Shown here: positions 12,230 to 24,934 of the stretch, in pieces | How the letters are laid out: each line of letters opens with the position of its first letter | Position numbering within the stretch: position 1 is the stretch's first letter | NCBI GenBank assembly: GCA_964276515.1 | Contig: OZ193909.1 | Location: forward strand, 1,178,001 to 1,242,000 | DNA from: Gordius albopunctatus | Taxonomy: Eukaryota | Reading direction: 5' to 3' | Length of the DNA: 64,000 nucleotides | The notes under the pieces: generated by a model | Database searches by the model: none | Seen by the model: the letters and a program-made list of their open reading frames with translations, nothing else | Told to the model about the DNA's origin: nothing | Position numbers and translations under genes: made by a program

Positions 12230-15200
12230 TGTAATGTATGCAAATACTATCTACCTAATTGGCATGACCTCGAGCGTTCGAATTGAAACGCAATGTTAAT
12301 TGATTGTTAATTGGTTGTAAATCTAATGGCTATTTAAGCGTGTTATTATGATTACAATAGTCACTTGTTTCTTTTATGTTACCTAATAAACTAGATACGT
12401 TATAATGGCGACGAGGATTTAGAAACCCTTGGACCTTAAACTCAACCTCGTGTAGAAGACGCTCCCTACCTCGTTGAACTTAAATAATTTAGTATCCATA
12501 TTATTTTCAGATGGACATCAAACCGGAGACGAATTTTTCTTGCGATTACTCAAAGGAATTAAAGGATTCAATTCTGTATAATCCAAGTAATTCGATTGAT
12601 GACTATTTATTTAATATTGAGCTCTTATTCAAGTTGAGAGATATCACGAGAGAAAGGCGAAAAACTTTGTTACTCACTTACGTAGGTTTTAACAATCTAA
12701 CAAAAATAAGAGACTTTTTATATCCAAAATTAGTAGACGAAACTAATTACGATGAGATAATTAAAGCCCTTAGGAGTATATTCGCCAATAAGTTTTCTAT
12801 TTACCACCATAGAGAACAGTTTTATAAGGCAAGTAGAAATAACGAAACTATTATTGAATTTAGTATTCGGTTGAAATTTCTTTGGAAAAACTGTAAATTT
12901 GGAAATAATCTAGACGAGGTATTAAAGGACATATTTGTCCTAGGATGTAACTTACCAAGACTTAACATTGAGTTAAGAGCTAAGTATCCGAGAGGTAACA
13001 TAAGTTTCGAAGAAACAGTTAATCTAGCATTGGCGTTAGATTCGGTAGAACACGAAACATCGGGGGCTGTTGAAGTAAACAAGGTTAAGCAGTCGTTTAA
13101 TAACTTCAACAATAAAGATGTACATTTTCATAAATTTAGCACATTTAGGAAAAAGCCACCCCTTAAATGTTATCGGTGTGGGAAACCAAACCATATAGCA
13201 AAAAATTGTAGAACGGGAATACGTTATCAGTTATCAACCACGACTCCGATCATCACACCAAAGCGCACATCAACGTACGCATTAACGATGTGCCCTATGA
13301 AATGATCTTCGACACGGGTGCGGCATGTAGCGTAATTGATGAAATAACGTGGTCTGGAATCGGGAAGCCTAAACTTTACCAAGCTCCGAAGATATACGGC
13401 TATGGTAGAACGGCTATTGCAACACTTGGTAAAACCAAAGTGAAGGTGGACGTTGGTGGTGTGACAAAGTATTTAGATATTTATATCATCAAAGGTAAAG
13501 GTTCAGCAATATTTGGTATGCCATTTATCTCAAAATTTAACTTAACTCTACCAAAGTCGGTTTGCCTAAACTCTATCATTGAAATACCTTCAAATGTACA
13601 TTTAATTAATAGTGAAGGCATAACAGCGAGTGAGGATAAGATTCTAAAGATTAAAAGTTTTAAAACACCCGAAAACAAAAAGGAACTTCGTTCTTTCCTT
13701 GGGTTGGTAAACTATTTAGAAACTTTTATTCCCAACCTTCAGATAAATTGCGCTCCTTTATACAAATTAACTTCCATAAATACAAAATGGGTTAGGGGCG
13801 ACTTAGAAAAATTAACTTTTGAAAAAGTTAAAACTACAATCTCAAACAGAAAAACTATAGTGCCTTATCAAAAAGAATTGCCTATCATAATTTCAATCGA
13901 CGCGTCAGATTTAGGTTTAGGAACAGTTATAGCGCATAAGTTTTCCTCTGGCCAAGAAAAACCTATTGCCTACGCCTCTCATTCCCTAAATTCCGCCGAG
14001 AAAAATTACTCCGTCATCGACAGAGAGGCATCGGCAGTAATTTATGCAATAAACTTCAATATGATTATGATATAAAATACATCCCAGGGAAATCTAATCA
14101 GTGTGCTGATGCACTTTCTCGGTTATGCCCAAAGGATTCACCTCATAATTTAAACATAGATAATGACATACGAAGAATTAAATTACAATTAATCGATGAT
14201 TTGACTTTGAATACAAAAAATATTGTAGAGGAAACAATAAAAGATAATGTACTAAAAGAAGTTATAGAGCAATTTAAAAATAGATGGCAAGGCTCTTCAA
14301 ATAACGATAACGTACGAAAATACCTGCAATTAAGAAATTACATTTCTTTCGAAAATAATCTTTTATTTTATAAAGATCGACTTATAATTCCGGAAAAATT
14401 AAGGCCAGATATTCTTAAAATTCTACATGATGTTCATCCGGGAATCGTGGCTATGAAGTCATTAGGGAGATACTATGTTTACTGTAATAATATTGACGTA
14501 GACATAGAAAAATACGTTAATACCTGTAAAAATTGCCAAGAAGAACGACCAAACATTAAAGAGGTACCCCTATACGCTTGGAACGTCCCTAACAAGCCTT
14601 GGGAACGGGTCCACATAGACTTAGCGGGACCCATCAATAAGAAGTATTGGTTAGTGTGCATTGATGCTTTTACAAAATGGCCCGAAGTAATGGTGCTAGG
14701 CGAGATAAACTCAACAAAAATTATCCTTTTGCACGTTTTGGGTTACCTAGATATATTTTCAGTGACAATGGCCCACAATTTAAATCTACGTAATTTAAAA
14801 TTTTTTGTAAAAACAATGGCGTAGTTCAATTTACGGGACCGCCCTACCACCCCAAAACTAATGGTTTAGCCGAGAGATATATTAGAACTATTAAAAGTAA
14901 GTTCTATGCGAATAAAAAGTCGGGGGTAAATGACTCGTTAAACTTACTACAAGTATTAATGAGCATGCGTAGTAGTCAAAACGTGACTACAGGTATTAGC
15001 CCGGCTGAGGCGATGTTCAATCGAAGGATTCGTACGACGCTAGACCAGCTCAGAAGAACGACTCGCGACAAGGTTGAAGAATCAATCTGGAAACAAAGGT
15101 ACTATAAAAACCGATGGACCCAAGAAAGATTCTTCGAACCCGAGCAGCAGGTGTGGGTACATAATGACACAAGTCCGGGATGGAGGGAAGGACTTGTAGA

Positions 15201-15565
15201 AGCCCGAACAAGTTCGACTACGTATGACGTTAATATAGACGGAAATACAAGAAGGAAACACGGAGATCAGTTACGGGAAAGAAAAACGATTGACCAGGGT
15301 GCGGTGTCCGAGCGAAACATTCTAGAACACAAAAGGGTATCCAAACCACCTGATCGATACGATGGAGGGCAACTTTAAAAGGGGGAATAATGTAATGTAT
15401 GCAAATACTATCTACCTAATTGGCATGACCTCGAGCGTTCGAATTGAAACGCAATGTTAATTGATTGTTAATTGGTTGTAAATCGAATGGCTATTTAAAC
15501 GTGTTATTATGATTACAATAGTCACTTGTTTCTTTTATGTTACCTAATAAACTAGATACGTTATA
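12230..15565 (+). mobile_element. Gypsy (Mag-like) LTR retrotransposon with RT core deleted
   Basis: 175-bp LTRs 12230-12404 and 15391-15565 (2 mismatches seen); 5-bp TSD ataag; PBS tggcgacgagga; PPT aaaagggggaataa. Gag with CCHC knuckle (12511-13305), protease DTGA, RNase H DAS..G.G, integrase H-H-C-C and fragmented core. Confidence 0.95.
12406..12418 (+). promoter_or_regulatory. Primer-binding site, complementary to tRNA-Ser(GCU) 3' end
   Basis: tggcgacgaggat directly after the 5' LTR. Its reverse complement ATCCTCGTCGCCA matches the eukaryotic tRNA-Ser(GCU) 3' end as I recall it. Confidence 0.8.
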
Positions 15566-15621
15566 ATAAGTTTAGACCTGCAAGTGTAGTTAAAGTTTAA
15601 AAATGAACTTATGTTATATTT

Positions 15622-15782
15622 ATAAGGGTGGCCAGCATTGGAATTAGAGGGGGGCCAATAATGATTTAGGCAGAAGTAAAATGATAATTTTTTAAAATAT
15701 TAACCAAAATTTTAATAAATTTAAAAAATTGATTTGGATGGGGGCAGCCACCCCTCCCTGCCTCCCTCTGGCTACGCTCATG
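15622..15782. repeat. ~160-bp G/C-tract MITE-like repeat; related pieces near 2351, 6421, 17340, 34315, 35460, 36930, 38545, 51800, 55551, 57126
   Basis: Recurrent catgggcgtagccag...gggggg ends and the inverse cccc...ctggctacg(c)ccatg; shared core aaaatgatcatttttt..aaattttagccat in several copies. Confidence 0.55.
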
Positions 15783-16025
15783 GGTATATTAATATTTTGA
15801 TTGTACATATACGGTTTTCACTTTAACTGAGAGATGTTAAGATATGCCCGACCCGTCGGGTCAGGTTCGGGCTTGGCTTCGGACGGTCGTAAGAAAACTA
15901 TGCTTAAATTTGCCTAAAAATAAGTTTGAATAAGAATAAATCTTGGAGATTGATATGGTTGGTGGGGAAGATACATATTGGTATCAGTAGATGGGCTAAA
16001 ATAATGATATATACTGCTATACCTG

Positions 16026-17760
16026 TTATGGAGTTATAAAATTTAAAAATGCACATGTCCAGTCAAAATCGTGGCTTTTTAAACAAATCAAGCGTTTAGT
16101 AGCGAGACGTAAACCATTGCAAAGTTTTGGCTGACTGAAATTGCACATCGCGATACTTAGTACGCCAATTTTCGAATGCAAAATGTGAGGTGGCATTCCT
16201 GCCAGATCATTTGAATTCAAAGATTCAATTGGATAATTTGCGTCATAAATAACAAAAGCAGTGTCAACCGATTTGTAAGTAATTGGATTGCCTTGAATGT
16301 TAGACAGAATGAGATTGTTAAGCTCGTGGACGTCATTATTCTTGCGGGGCGAGAATAGCCAGTTGGCTGAGCCAAAGTCAATCATGATAATGGTCGTTAA
16401 TATTTGGAAACACTTAATCAACCAAGCAGTTTGGAACAAAATTGCAAATTTTGGTAGGAAAAGACATTCGTCCTGAGCATATATCAACATGCACGGTTCC
16501 CTTCCCAAATTCTAACAATTAATGGGAGAATGTCTCACATGCAGTATGATTTTGAAATACTACACGCATATTAGTAGTTAGAATTAATGTTTTGACATAA
16601 GGCAACAAAATAGAATATTTTAGGCAAGCATTAATTTCGTCCGCAGGAGTGGATCGTAAGAGAACCGGTAAAGTTTGCCTGAAATTTCCTGCAAGCAATA
16701 ACCTTGCGTTACCAATAGGTTTGATTGTTCTTTGTAAATCTTGCGATTACCGATTAGAGCTTAGAGCGATTTTTCATAAGACTTTATGCATTTATCCCAA
16801 ACGATAAGTTTGGACTTTTGTAATACTATACTCATTCCATATGTTCTGTAAATGTTGCACATTAGAGTTTCGCAGTAATAAGCGTTTGAATGCAATTTAT
16901 AAGCTGAATGAGCAGTTTTTCTACCGGGTAATTATGTGACAGCCCTATGGAAGACGCTAGAACCACGGCTATATTATTTTGGTAACGAATAGTTGCCAGA
17001 GCAATGTCAGTGGGAAAGTTTTACCAGTTCCTCCTCAAGCATCTAAGAAGAAGACTTCTCCTTACCTTTATTAACAGCAAGCAAAATTTTATTGTAAATG
17101 GCATTTTGTTGCTTCGCTATCTTTGGAACATTAGATCACATGAAAGACAAAAGATTACTCTGGTTGTATTTTTGTTTACGCTGAAAGTCTATATAAAATG
17201 GAACAGCAGCAGATCGACTTAATGCAGGCATACCCAGTTGATTCAAAGCTTTGTTTCGCATTTGTAAGCATGAATCTTATAATTTTATAGCATTTGATCC
17301 ATGTTTATATTGTAAGTTGTATACTTTTTGTAGCAAAAGACAGTCCAGGTTTTGGATTGGGAGGGGGGGCGAAAACGTTTTAAGTTTAATTAGGGGGGGG
17401 GGAGCAAAATACAAATTTTTAAGGGTTTTTGTATTTAATTTTTTTCTGACATTTAAGGGGGGGGGGTGGAATAAACCCAAGGGTTATCTACCTAGACCAT
17501 TGCGTTCCGCAGTTGAATGGTTGCCACGCTAACACCATCCTCTGTTAATCTTCTTTTTTTATAAAGGATACCTATCACTGCTAGTAATCTAACTAATGTA
17601 GAGTAGACGTTCCGATTCAATTTTGGCTAACATATTACATTGATGGAATAATTGGCAGCATTTTAAATGATTTTCTTCGTGCTCTCGAAGCATTATTCTG
17701 TATGAATAATAGCTAATATAACTGCATTTCAAGTTTGTCAGTTAACAATTGTCTGCAATT
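16026..17760 (-). pseudogene. Helitron Rep/PIF1-helicase remnant
   Basis: Minus-strand pieces YYSYRIMLR, LAKIESERLLYI, GGTGKTF (Walker A), RKTAHSA, LLAGNFRQTLPV, LTTNMRV, GMPPHIL, PKLCNG. Many stops and frameshifts. Confidence 0.9.
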
Positions 17761-17763
17761 ATC

Positions 17764-18402
17764 GATTCTTATTCAAAAAAAGCTATTCAAAAAAAATCCA
17801 GTTTCCAGAGTAGACAATAAAACTAATATTCAAATTTTAAATATTTAATTAATACAAAAAGCTAGTATAAAAAATATTAATAATTAAACGCATAAAATGA
17901 ATAAGCTATTATTTTATAAACAATTGCATATAATATAGCGTGTCTACATTTGATATTAGTCTAATGTTAATATATATTTATGTATTTACAAGTATGTTTT
18001 AAGTTGCTAACGATTATAAATACACTAAAACATTGTAAAAGTAGAGGATTCTATCCATGTCTACATATAATAATAGCTTAATAGTAATTAATAATATGGA
18101 TAGCATATTTAAATATCCACCAGTACACTTTAAGTTGTCAATGTTTATAAATACACTAAATCACTGTCATATTCGGTTATTCTATATACAGTTACATGTA
18201 TTATGTATACATATAATAATAGGTTATTAGTAATTAATAATATGGATAGCATATTTAAATATTCACCAGTAAACTTTTAGTTGCTAATGATTAATACACT
18301 AAAACATTGTCAAAGTAGGTGATTCTATATACAGTTACATGTCTACATATAATAAAAGCTTAATTTTAATTAATGATATGGATAGCAATAAATAATCACC
18401 AG
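17764..18402 (+). repeat. Left arm of long inverted repeat with three ~130-145 bp tandem subunits
   Basis: 17764-~18200 is a near-exact reverse complement of ~22040-22479. Subunits start ~17997, ~18129 and ~18275. Confidence 0.9.
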
Positions 18403-21400
18403 CTACAAAGGGGTAGGGGGGAAGGGAAGGAGAAATAGAGAAGTGTAGACACCTTCACAACACCATCCTTTTTAAAATAAATCCATCCGGGGCAAGACAA
18501 ATGAGATAGCGCAACCGGTCAGCACGACCTCTTGATTGTTTAGAAATCGAGAGCTCCTCGGACGAGGTAGTTGGGCTCGATGTCTTTCCTCCATTCTCCC
18601 GCCTTGCACTTCACTTCACCCTATTGTTCCCCACGCTGGTCCATATTTGCAGACTGGCGTACTACGTTCGACTCAACTGCCGAATCCGGTGGAGCCACCA
18701 TTACAGGAGAAAGCAATAAAGCCTCCTCTTCCTGTAACGACAACGTTTCCACCTGACAGACAATCGTTGCCTCACCTGGCGCTACCACACTCTGTTGCGA
18801 CGCCACCACGGACGACCGTATCAATGTACTGTCACCCTGCAGCGCTACCGTCCCAACAACGTTCGCACCCGCCACTATCTACCGTGCCTACGGCATTACC
18901 ACCCCCCGGCGGTATCTGTGGGTTACATCTCAGCCCACGATGCCGACGATGACACCCATGACACCACCTCCGTGTAACACGACGTCGCCTGCCGCCATTC
19001 GCCGCCGGTGGGGCAGCTTCCGCGCCCCTCCGTACCTTGCGCCCAGCGGCTACGCCGCGTTGCGGATTCTCTTGAATCCTCGCTATCGGGATCCTCACTA
19101 TCGGGGCGACGTTACGAGCCGCTCCGCCACGTCGACCCATATTCACAAATCTTTCACCCCCAGGTCGGATCTCTCTCCTCGCCTGAGGGTAGATTTGTTC
19201 ATGGAAGTTGACCATGTGGGGCACACCGTCTGCACCCACCACAAACGACACGTGTAAATTGCTTGGGGCGTACAGTGGATCGATCGCCTGAACCACAACT
19301 CGTACTCGGCACCACGAAGCAATTATATCCATCTAATATAAATAAAAACATTCGACATTATAACATATCCATATTAATATTTTATTCAAAACACGGCCGC
19401 AATTGCTCTTTATGCCTCATAGCATGGTTATTTGCAGCCGTAAACTCCACGTCGTAAGCTTTAGAGCCCACGCGGGATTTAACTACCGCTTCGAGCCATT
19501 TTTCAGACCCGCCATAACCCCGGGCCCAAACTGCCTCATTAACCCGAAACCGGCCAATGTCAGATACACGAGATGTCAACCCGCTATCTACGAACACATC
19601 GATCGGTATTCGCGGTATCCTATTTAAAAAAACCTTACTAACCGGCGCGCGACACGGGAAACGAGGGGAAGCATTGTGCAACAACATGTACATCCAAATG
19701 ACTTCTTTCTCCACCTTCTAGTTTTTTAACCATCGTTTAACTATCGCCACATGTCGCTCAGCCAGCCCGTTAGAACTAGGATGATAGGGAGGCGTTAATA
19801 CGTGACGTATGCCCCACCTATCGCAAAACGCTTTAAACTCGGCACTAGTAAACGCGGTACCATTATCTGACACCACGCACTTCGGTATGACAAAAGCGCC
19901 CATTAATTTTTCCAAAAAAACAATTACGCTTTTAGTAGATAGTTTCGACACCCGCTCGAATTCAACCCAACTCGATGTCGCATCCACCAACAAAAGATAT
20001 TGCTTAGAGTCAAAATCAAAAAAATCAAGGTGCACTCGATCCCACACATTATGTGCCTGAGGCCACCTCGCCTTTCTATCATGCCTGGGCATACTCGCAT
20101 TCTTGTTACATGCAACGCATTTACGCCCATACATGCTTATATCTTTTCCCATCTTAGGCCACCAAACATATCTACGCGCCAAAACCTTCATTTTAGCCGT
20201 CCCAATATGTCCAGCATGCAATAAATTCAGAACCTGAGGACGTAACACTCGTGGAATCACTATGCGTTCACCCCGCAGAATGATACCGTTCTCAAAACAG
20301 AGTTCGTTCCTCACCCCGCGGTAACCCACAGGAATCTCCTCGAGCGTCTCGCCGTTAATCAGGCATCTTGTAACTCGACTCAACTCCTCATCTTTACTAA
20401 CCTCCTCTTTAAGGTTAACTGATGGGAAAGTTTCCGTTACAATATTGACCAAAAAATTATCACCTTCTAATTCCTCCTCAGGTAAGGTACCATTATCCTC
20501 ACCTAAGCGCGACAACGTATCAGGTAAATAATTCGTTGCCCTCTTTTTATACTCTAAGGTTACGTTAAAATTCCCCAAAAACAACAACCATTTCTGTAAC
20601 CTAGGGCTAAGCAACAAACTACTGTTACACTTCGCGAACAGAGGAATTAGCGGTTTATGATCCGTAAAAACTTTAAAATCTCGACCAATAAGATACTCAC
20701 GGTACTTTATTAACGCAAAAACCACGGCAAGAGCCTCCTTCTCGATAACTGAATAATTAAGCTCCGCCGCCGTTAATTTACGCGAGAAAAATAGTATTGG
20801 CCGTTCTACGCCCATAACAATATGAAAGAGCATGCCACCTATACCGCTATTCGATGCGTCTACCGCTAGACCTATTGGCAGGTCACGATTAAAACACACC
20901 AAAACAGGATCGCTTCCTAACAAGTTCTTTAACTTATCGAAAGCTAACTGCTCCTTTTCGGCCCAAACAAAACGCACATTACTCTGCGTCAGTCTATGCA
21001 AGGGAGCCGCCACCTCCGAACAATGTGGTATAAACTTGCGATAATAATTAACCGACCCCATGAAAGCCAAAACCTCTTTTTTACTAACCGGGGCCCGTAT
21101 ATTCTTAATCGCAGCCACCTTACTACCCAGAGGTCTAATTCTCCCACATGCGATAACATGCCCTAAAAAAGTAACTTCGGTAACCCCAATCATGCACTTC
21201 TTCCTGGTTAAACGTAATCCTCTCTCCTGGACGCGGTTCAGTACCGATTCTAGACGCAAATCATGCTCTTGCATTGACGCGCCCACAATCAGCACATCAT
21301 CCAGGTAAAAGAACACGCCGTTCTAACCCTGGAAAACCGAGGCCATCTTCTTTTGGAAAACAGACGCCGAAATACTCAAGCCAAACGGCAAACGATTAAA

Positions 21401-22040
21401 CGTAAACAACCCCAAAGGAGTATTTATCGTCATTAACCGTGCCGATCGAGCATTTAATCTGATCTGCAAATATGTCGATCTTAAATCAAGTTTTGAAAAA
21501 TAACATGCGTTACTCAGGTTAGCTAAAATCTCCTCAACCCGCGGAATTGGGTACTTAATTTCCACCAACCACGGATTAAGTGTAACCCGGAAATCTACAC
21601 ACAGACGAAGCGAACCGTCGCTCTTCTTAACCGGAACCAGAGGGGTCGCCCACTCACTATAATCAACGGGCGAAACTATCCCCTGATCAACCCAGTCCCG
21701 AAGCACGGCATTAACTTCGTCCTGCCAAATAAACGGAATACGCCTATTCGGGCAAAACTTAGGACAGGCACCTCGTTTAAGCAGCACATCGTACTCATAC
21801 CCCTTTAAACATCCTAAACCTTCCGAAAAAACTTCGGCGTAGCGCGTCACTAAATTACGCAAATTAGATTGCCATTCGCCCAGGTCGCCCAAACACTTAC
21901 ACTCACCCGAAGGTGTCACACCTGCAGCACCCGAAGGTGCCAAGCCCGCAGGCGTCCCGATGTTTATCATCGCACACGACTTAGTCGCTTGCTTGGTACT
22001 CGGAGGCTCAATATTACATATCATCGCACTCATATATGTA
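18403..22040 (-). mobile_element. Gypsy (Mag-like) pol fragment: RT-RNase H-integrase, extra 3' ORF, PPT and ~55 bp of 3' LTR; no gag, protease or 5' LTR
   Basis: One reading frame ~22040-19382 broken only by two in-frame TAGs (21323, 19718): LRLCVDFR, LPFGL, YLDD, DAS..GIG, EKEALA, TDHKPL, H-H-C-C, VSDNG, NGLAER. Purine-rich tract then tgtgaagg at 18459. Confidence 0.92.
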
Positions 22041-22479
22041 GACATGCAACTGAATATAGAATAACCGAATATGCCAGGTGATTTAGTGTATTTATAAACA
22101 TTAACAACTTAAAGTGTACTGGTGGATATTTAAATATGCTATCCATATTATTAATTACTATTAAGCTATTATTATATGTAGACATGGATAGAATCCTCTA
22201 CTTTTACAATGTTTTAGTGTATTTATAATCGTTAGCAACTTAAAACATACTTGTAAATACATAAATATATATTAACATTAGACTAATATCAAATGTAGAC
22301 ACGCTATATTATATGCAATTGTTTATAAAATAATAGCTTATTCATTTTATGCGTTTAATTATTAATATTTTTTATACTAGCTTTTTGTATTAATTAAATA
22401 TTTAAAATTTGAATATTAGTTTTATTGTCTACTCTTGAAATTGGATTTTTTTGAATAGCTTAATTTTTGAATAAGAATC
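22040..22479 (-). repeat. Right arm of long inverted repeat
   Basis: Reverse complement of 17764-~18200; ends gaataagaatc, matching gattcttattc. Confidence 0.9.
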
Positions 22480-24934
22480 AAACCCCTAGATATTACCGAA
22501 ATACTAGTTTACTCTAAAAATAAGAGTGAAGCAGATTGACCCCCTCCCCCCATTAAAGGGAAAGTTAACCTCTACCCCTCTACAAAAATGGTCTTATTTA
22601 TAACCAGTAATTCATCTACGAACTCACTTCTAATATATTAACAATATACAAAACACAACTACTATTAAGTTTTAAAATTCGTTACTAAATCCGTCTCATT
22701 CCACCCCAACTTTTAATCCCTTATACTCAAATTAAAAGGATCCTAAAATTGGCTTCTCTCAATACTCAAACCTTAAGAGAACCAGGAACGCTACAGAGCC
22801 TTACTTTATTTGCCTCCCATCACAGAATTCATATTCTCTGTGTTCAACAAACAAGATATTCACATCGCAAAGTTCTCCCCGTTAACCACTATAATTGCTA
22901 TTGCACGGAATGCGGCCTTGAGTCTGCATCAGGGGTAGCCATTTTTATAAAAAAGGAACTCAAAGTGATTAGCATCGACTATGTTAACAACAGATTATTA
23001 ATCATTCACTTAAAAATAAAAAAATCGTTGTTTATCAATTTTTAACATATACGCTCCCCCCTCTTCCAAAAATTCTCAATCGATGGAATCCCTCCTCCAC
23101 AACATCAAAGATAAATTTAACACTAAACACCTTAAAATCCTCGTCGGTGACTTCAATGCTTCCGTCCAGCGCACACTGGGGGATAATAAATTAATAATTG
23201 GCCCAAACTCAATTGGACCGACTAACCGAAACGGTAAACTGCTTAAAAAATTCTGCTGTAAACATAAACTAAAGATAACCTCAACCTTTTCCGACCTTCC
23301 TCTGGATAACCTAATCACATACCAAAAGAATGAAAATCACCGAGGTACCCAAATTGATCATATAATAGGCCAACTAAGAAACCACAAAATGATAAAGAAC
23401 TTCCACACCTTTCAGCCTCTAATAAAAACAGATCACTTCGTCATCTCAGCTGATCTCTTTATTAATCCCTCCTCTCTCCACACGTCTAAAAAACTTAAAA
23501 AATACCCATCTCGAGCAAACATAATCAGAGACATCTCTCAACTTGAGTCCAGATTACAAACAGACTCGAAGGCACTTGGCGATCTTGCCCCCCTCTCAGT
23601 CAATGACCACAATGACACCTTAGCAAAGTTTTTCCCTCCATCCCAGAATGACCATCTCCATGTCAACATTAAGTCCTGGTTCTCCATCGATACCATTAAT
23701 CTACTCGAGTCCCGGTATAAAGTCTTTAAGGATAAGACACTTAGAAATAAAAAAGCATGCGTCCAACATCTCACTAAAAAGATTAAAGCGGCAATAAAAA
23801 AGGACAAGGCTAATTACTTATCAAGCAAACTAAATGAAGCAGAATCTGCTGCTCGCACAAACAGTACACACACCCTTTACAAAGTGCTCAGGAACATCAC
23901 CGCAAAATTTTCAGACAAATATAACTACAACACAATACAAAACAAACATAGCTCCAACGATTCCTTGATCCAAACGGAGGCTTGGGAGAGCCACTTTAGT
24001 TCCATTCTAGATCGCCCTTATTCAATCCCCTGTTCCGACATATTCCTTGAATTCATTAACAACTTCAAAACACCCTCCACCCCTTCTATCAGTGTTGAAC
24101 CACCCTCCTTAAATGAAATAAAATACGTGTTAAAATCCCTCAAACTTCATAAAGCTCCCGATGCAGAAAAAATCACAGCGGAAGCCCTTAAAGCTGATTA
24201 CTCCCTGTATAGCAAACTATTGCATCAACTCTTCACTAAAATCTGGCTACAAGAGATCATCCCCCGCTCTTGGTCTACTGGTCTACTTAGTAAAACCTAT
24301 AAAAAAGGAGACCCATCCCTTCCCGATAATTATAGAGGGATCACAATTATAAATAACATTTCCAAGGTTTTTATAAAATTAATATATAGGAGGATATATC
24401 CATTCATTGACGATAATTTAAAAAGTAACCAAGCCGGCTTCCGTAAGTCCAAAACCACAATTGAACACATCCTTACCCTCAAAAATATTATTGACATCTC
24501 ATCTAAATCTAAATCTCCTTTAGTCCTAACATTTGTCGACATTCATAAAGCTTTAGACTCCCTATCCCACCTTTACATATGGGAATCTTTATGTCTACTA
24601 GGAATCCCCAAAAAAATTATTAGACTTATCTTCTTTCTGTACAAAGACATGAAAGTGGTCATAAAACATCTACACCACCGCTCAAACCCAATCCAAGTCA
24701 ATTTAGGAGTTAGACAGGGATGTCCATTATCTCCTCTACTATTCATCACGGCAATGGATCTCATAATTAGGAGATCCACACTTCCTTACGACGGTATCCA
24801 CATGAACGGCATCAAAGTGTCTTCACTGCTATTTGCTGACGATTTATGCATCATATCGGCTTCAACTCTCAAAACTCAGAACTTTGCCGATAGATTCGTC
24901 TTAGAATCCAAGAAAGCCGGTTTAACAATTAACC

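Noticed and set aside
18536..19257. Plus-strand ORFs in the GC-rich Gypsy 3' region
   Set aside because: Antisense shadows of GC-rich sequence with no recognisable motifs.
21323..21325. Programmed readthrough of the in-frame TAGs in the Gypsy pol
   Set aside because: Both stops fall inside RT and integrase cores, not at a gag-pol boundary; point mutation is simpler.
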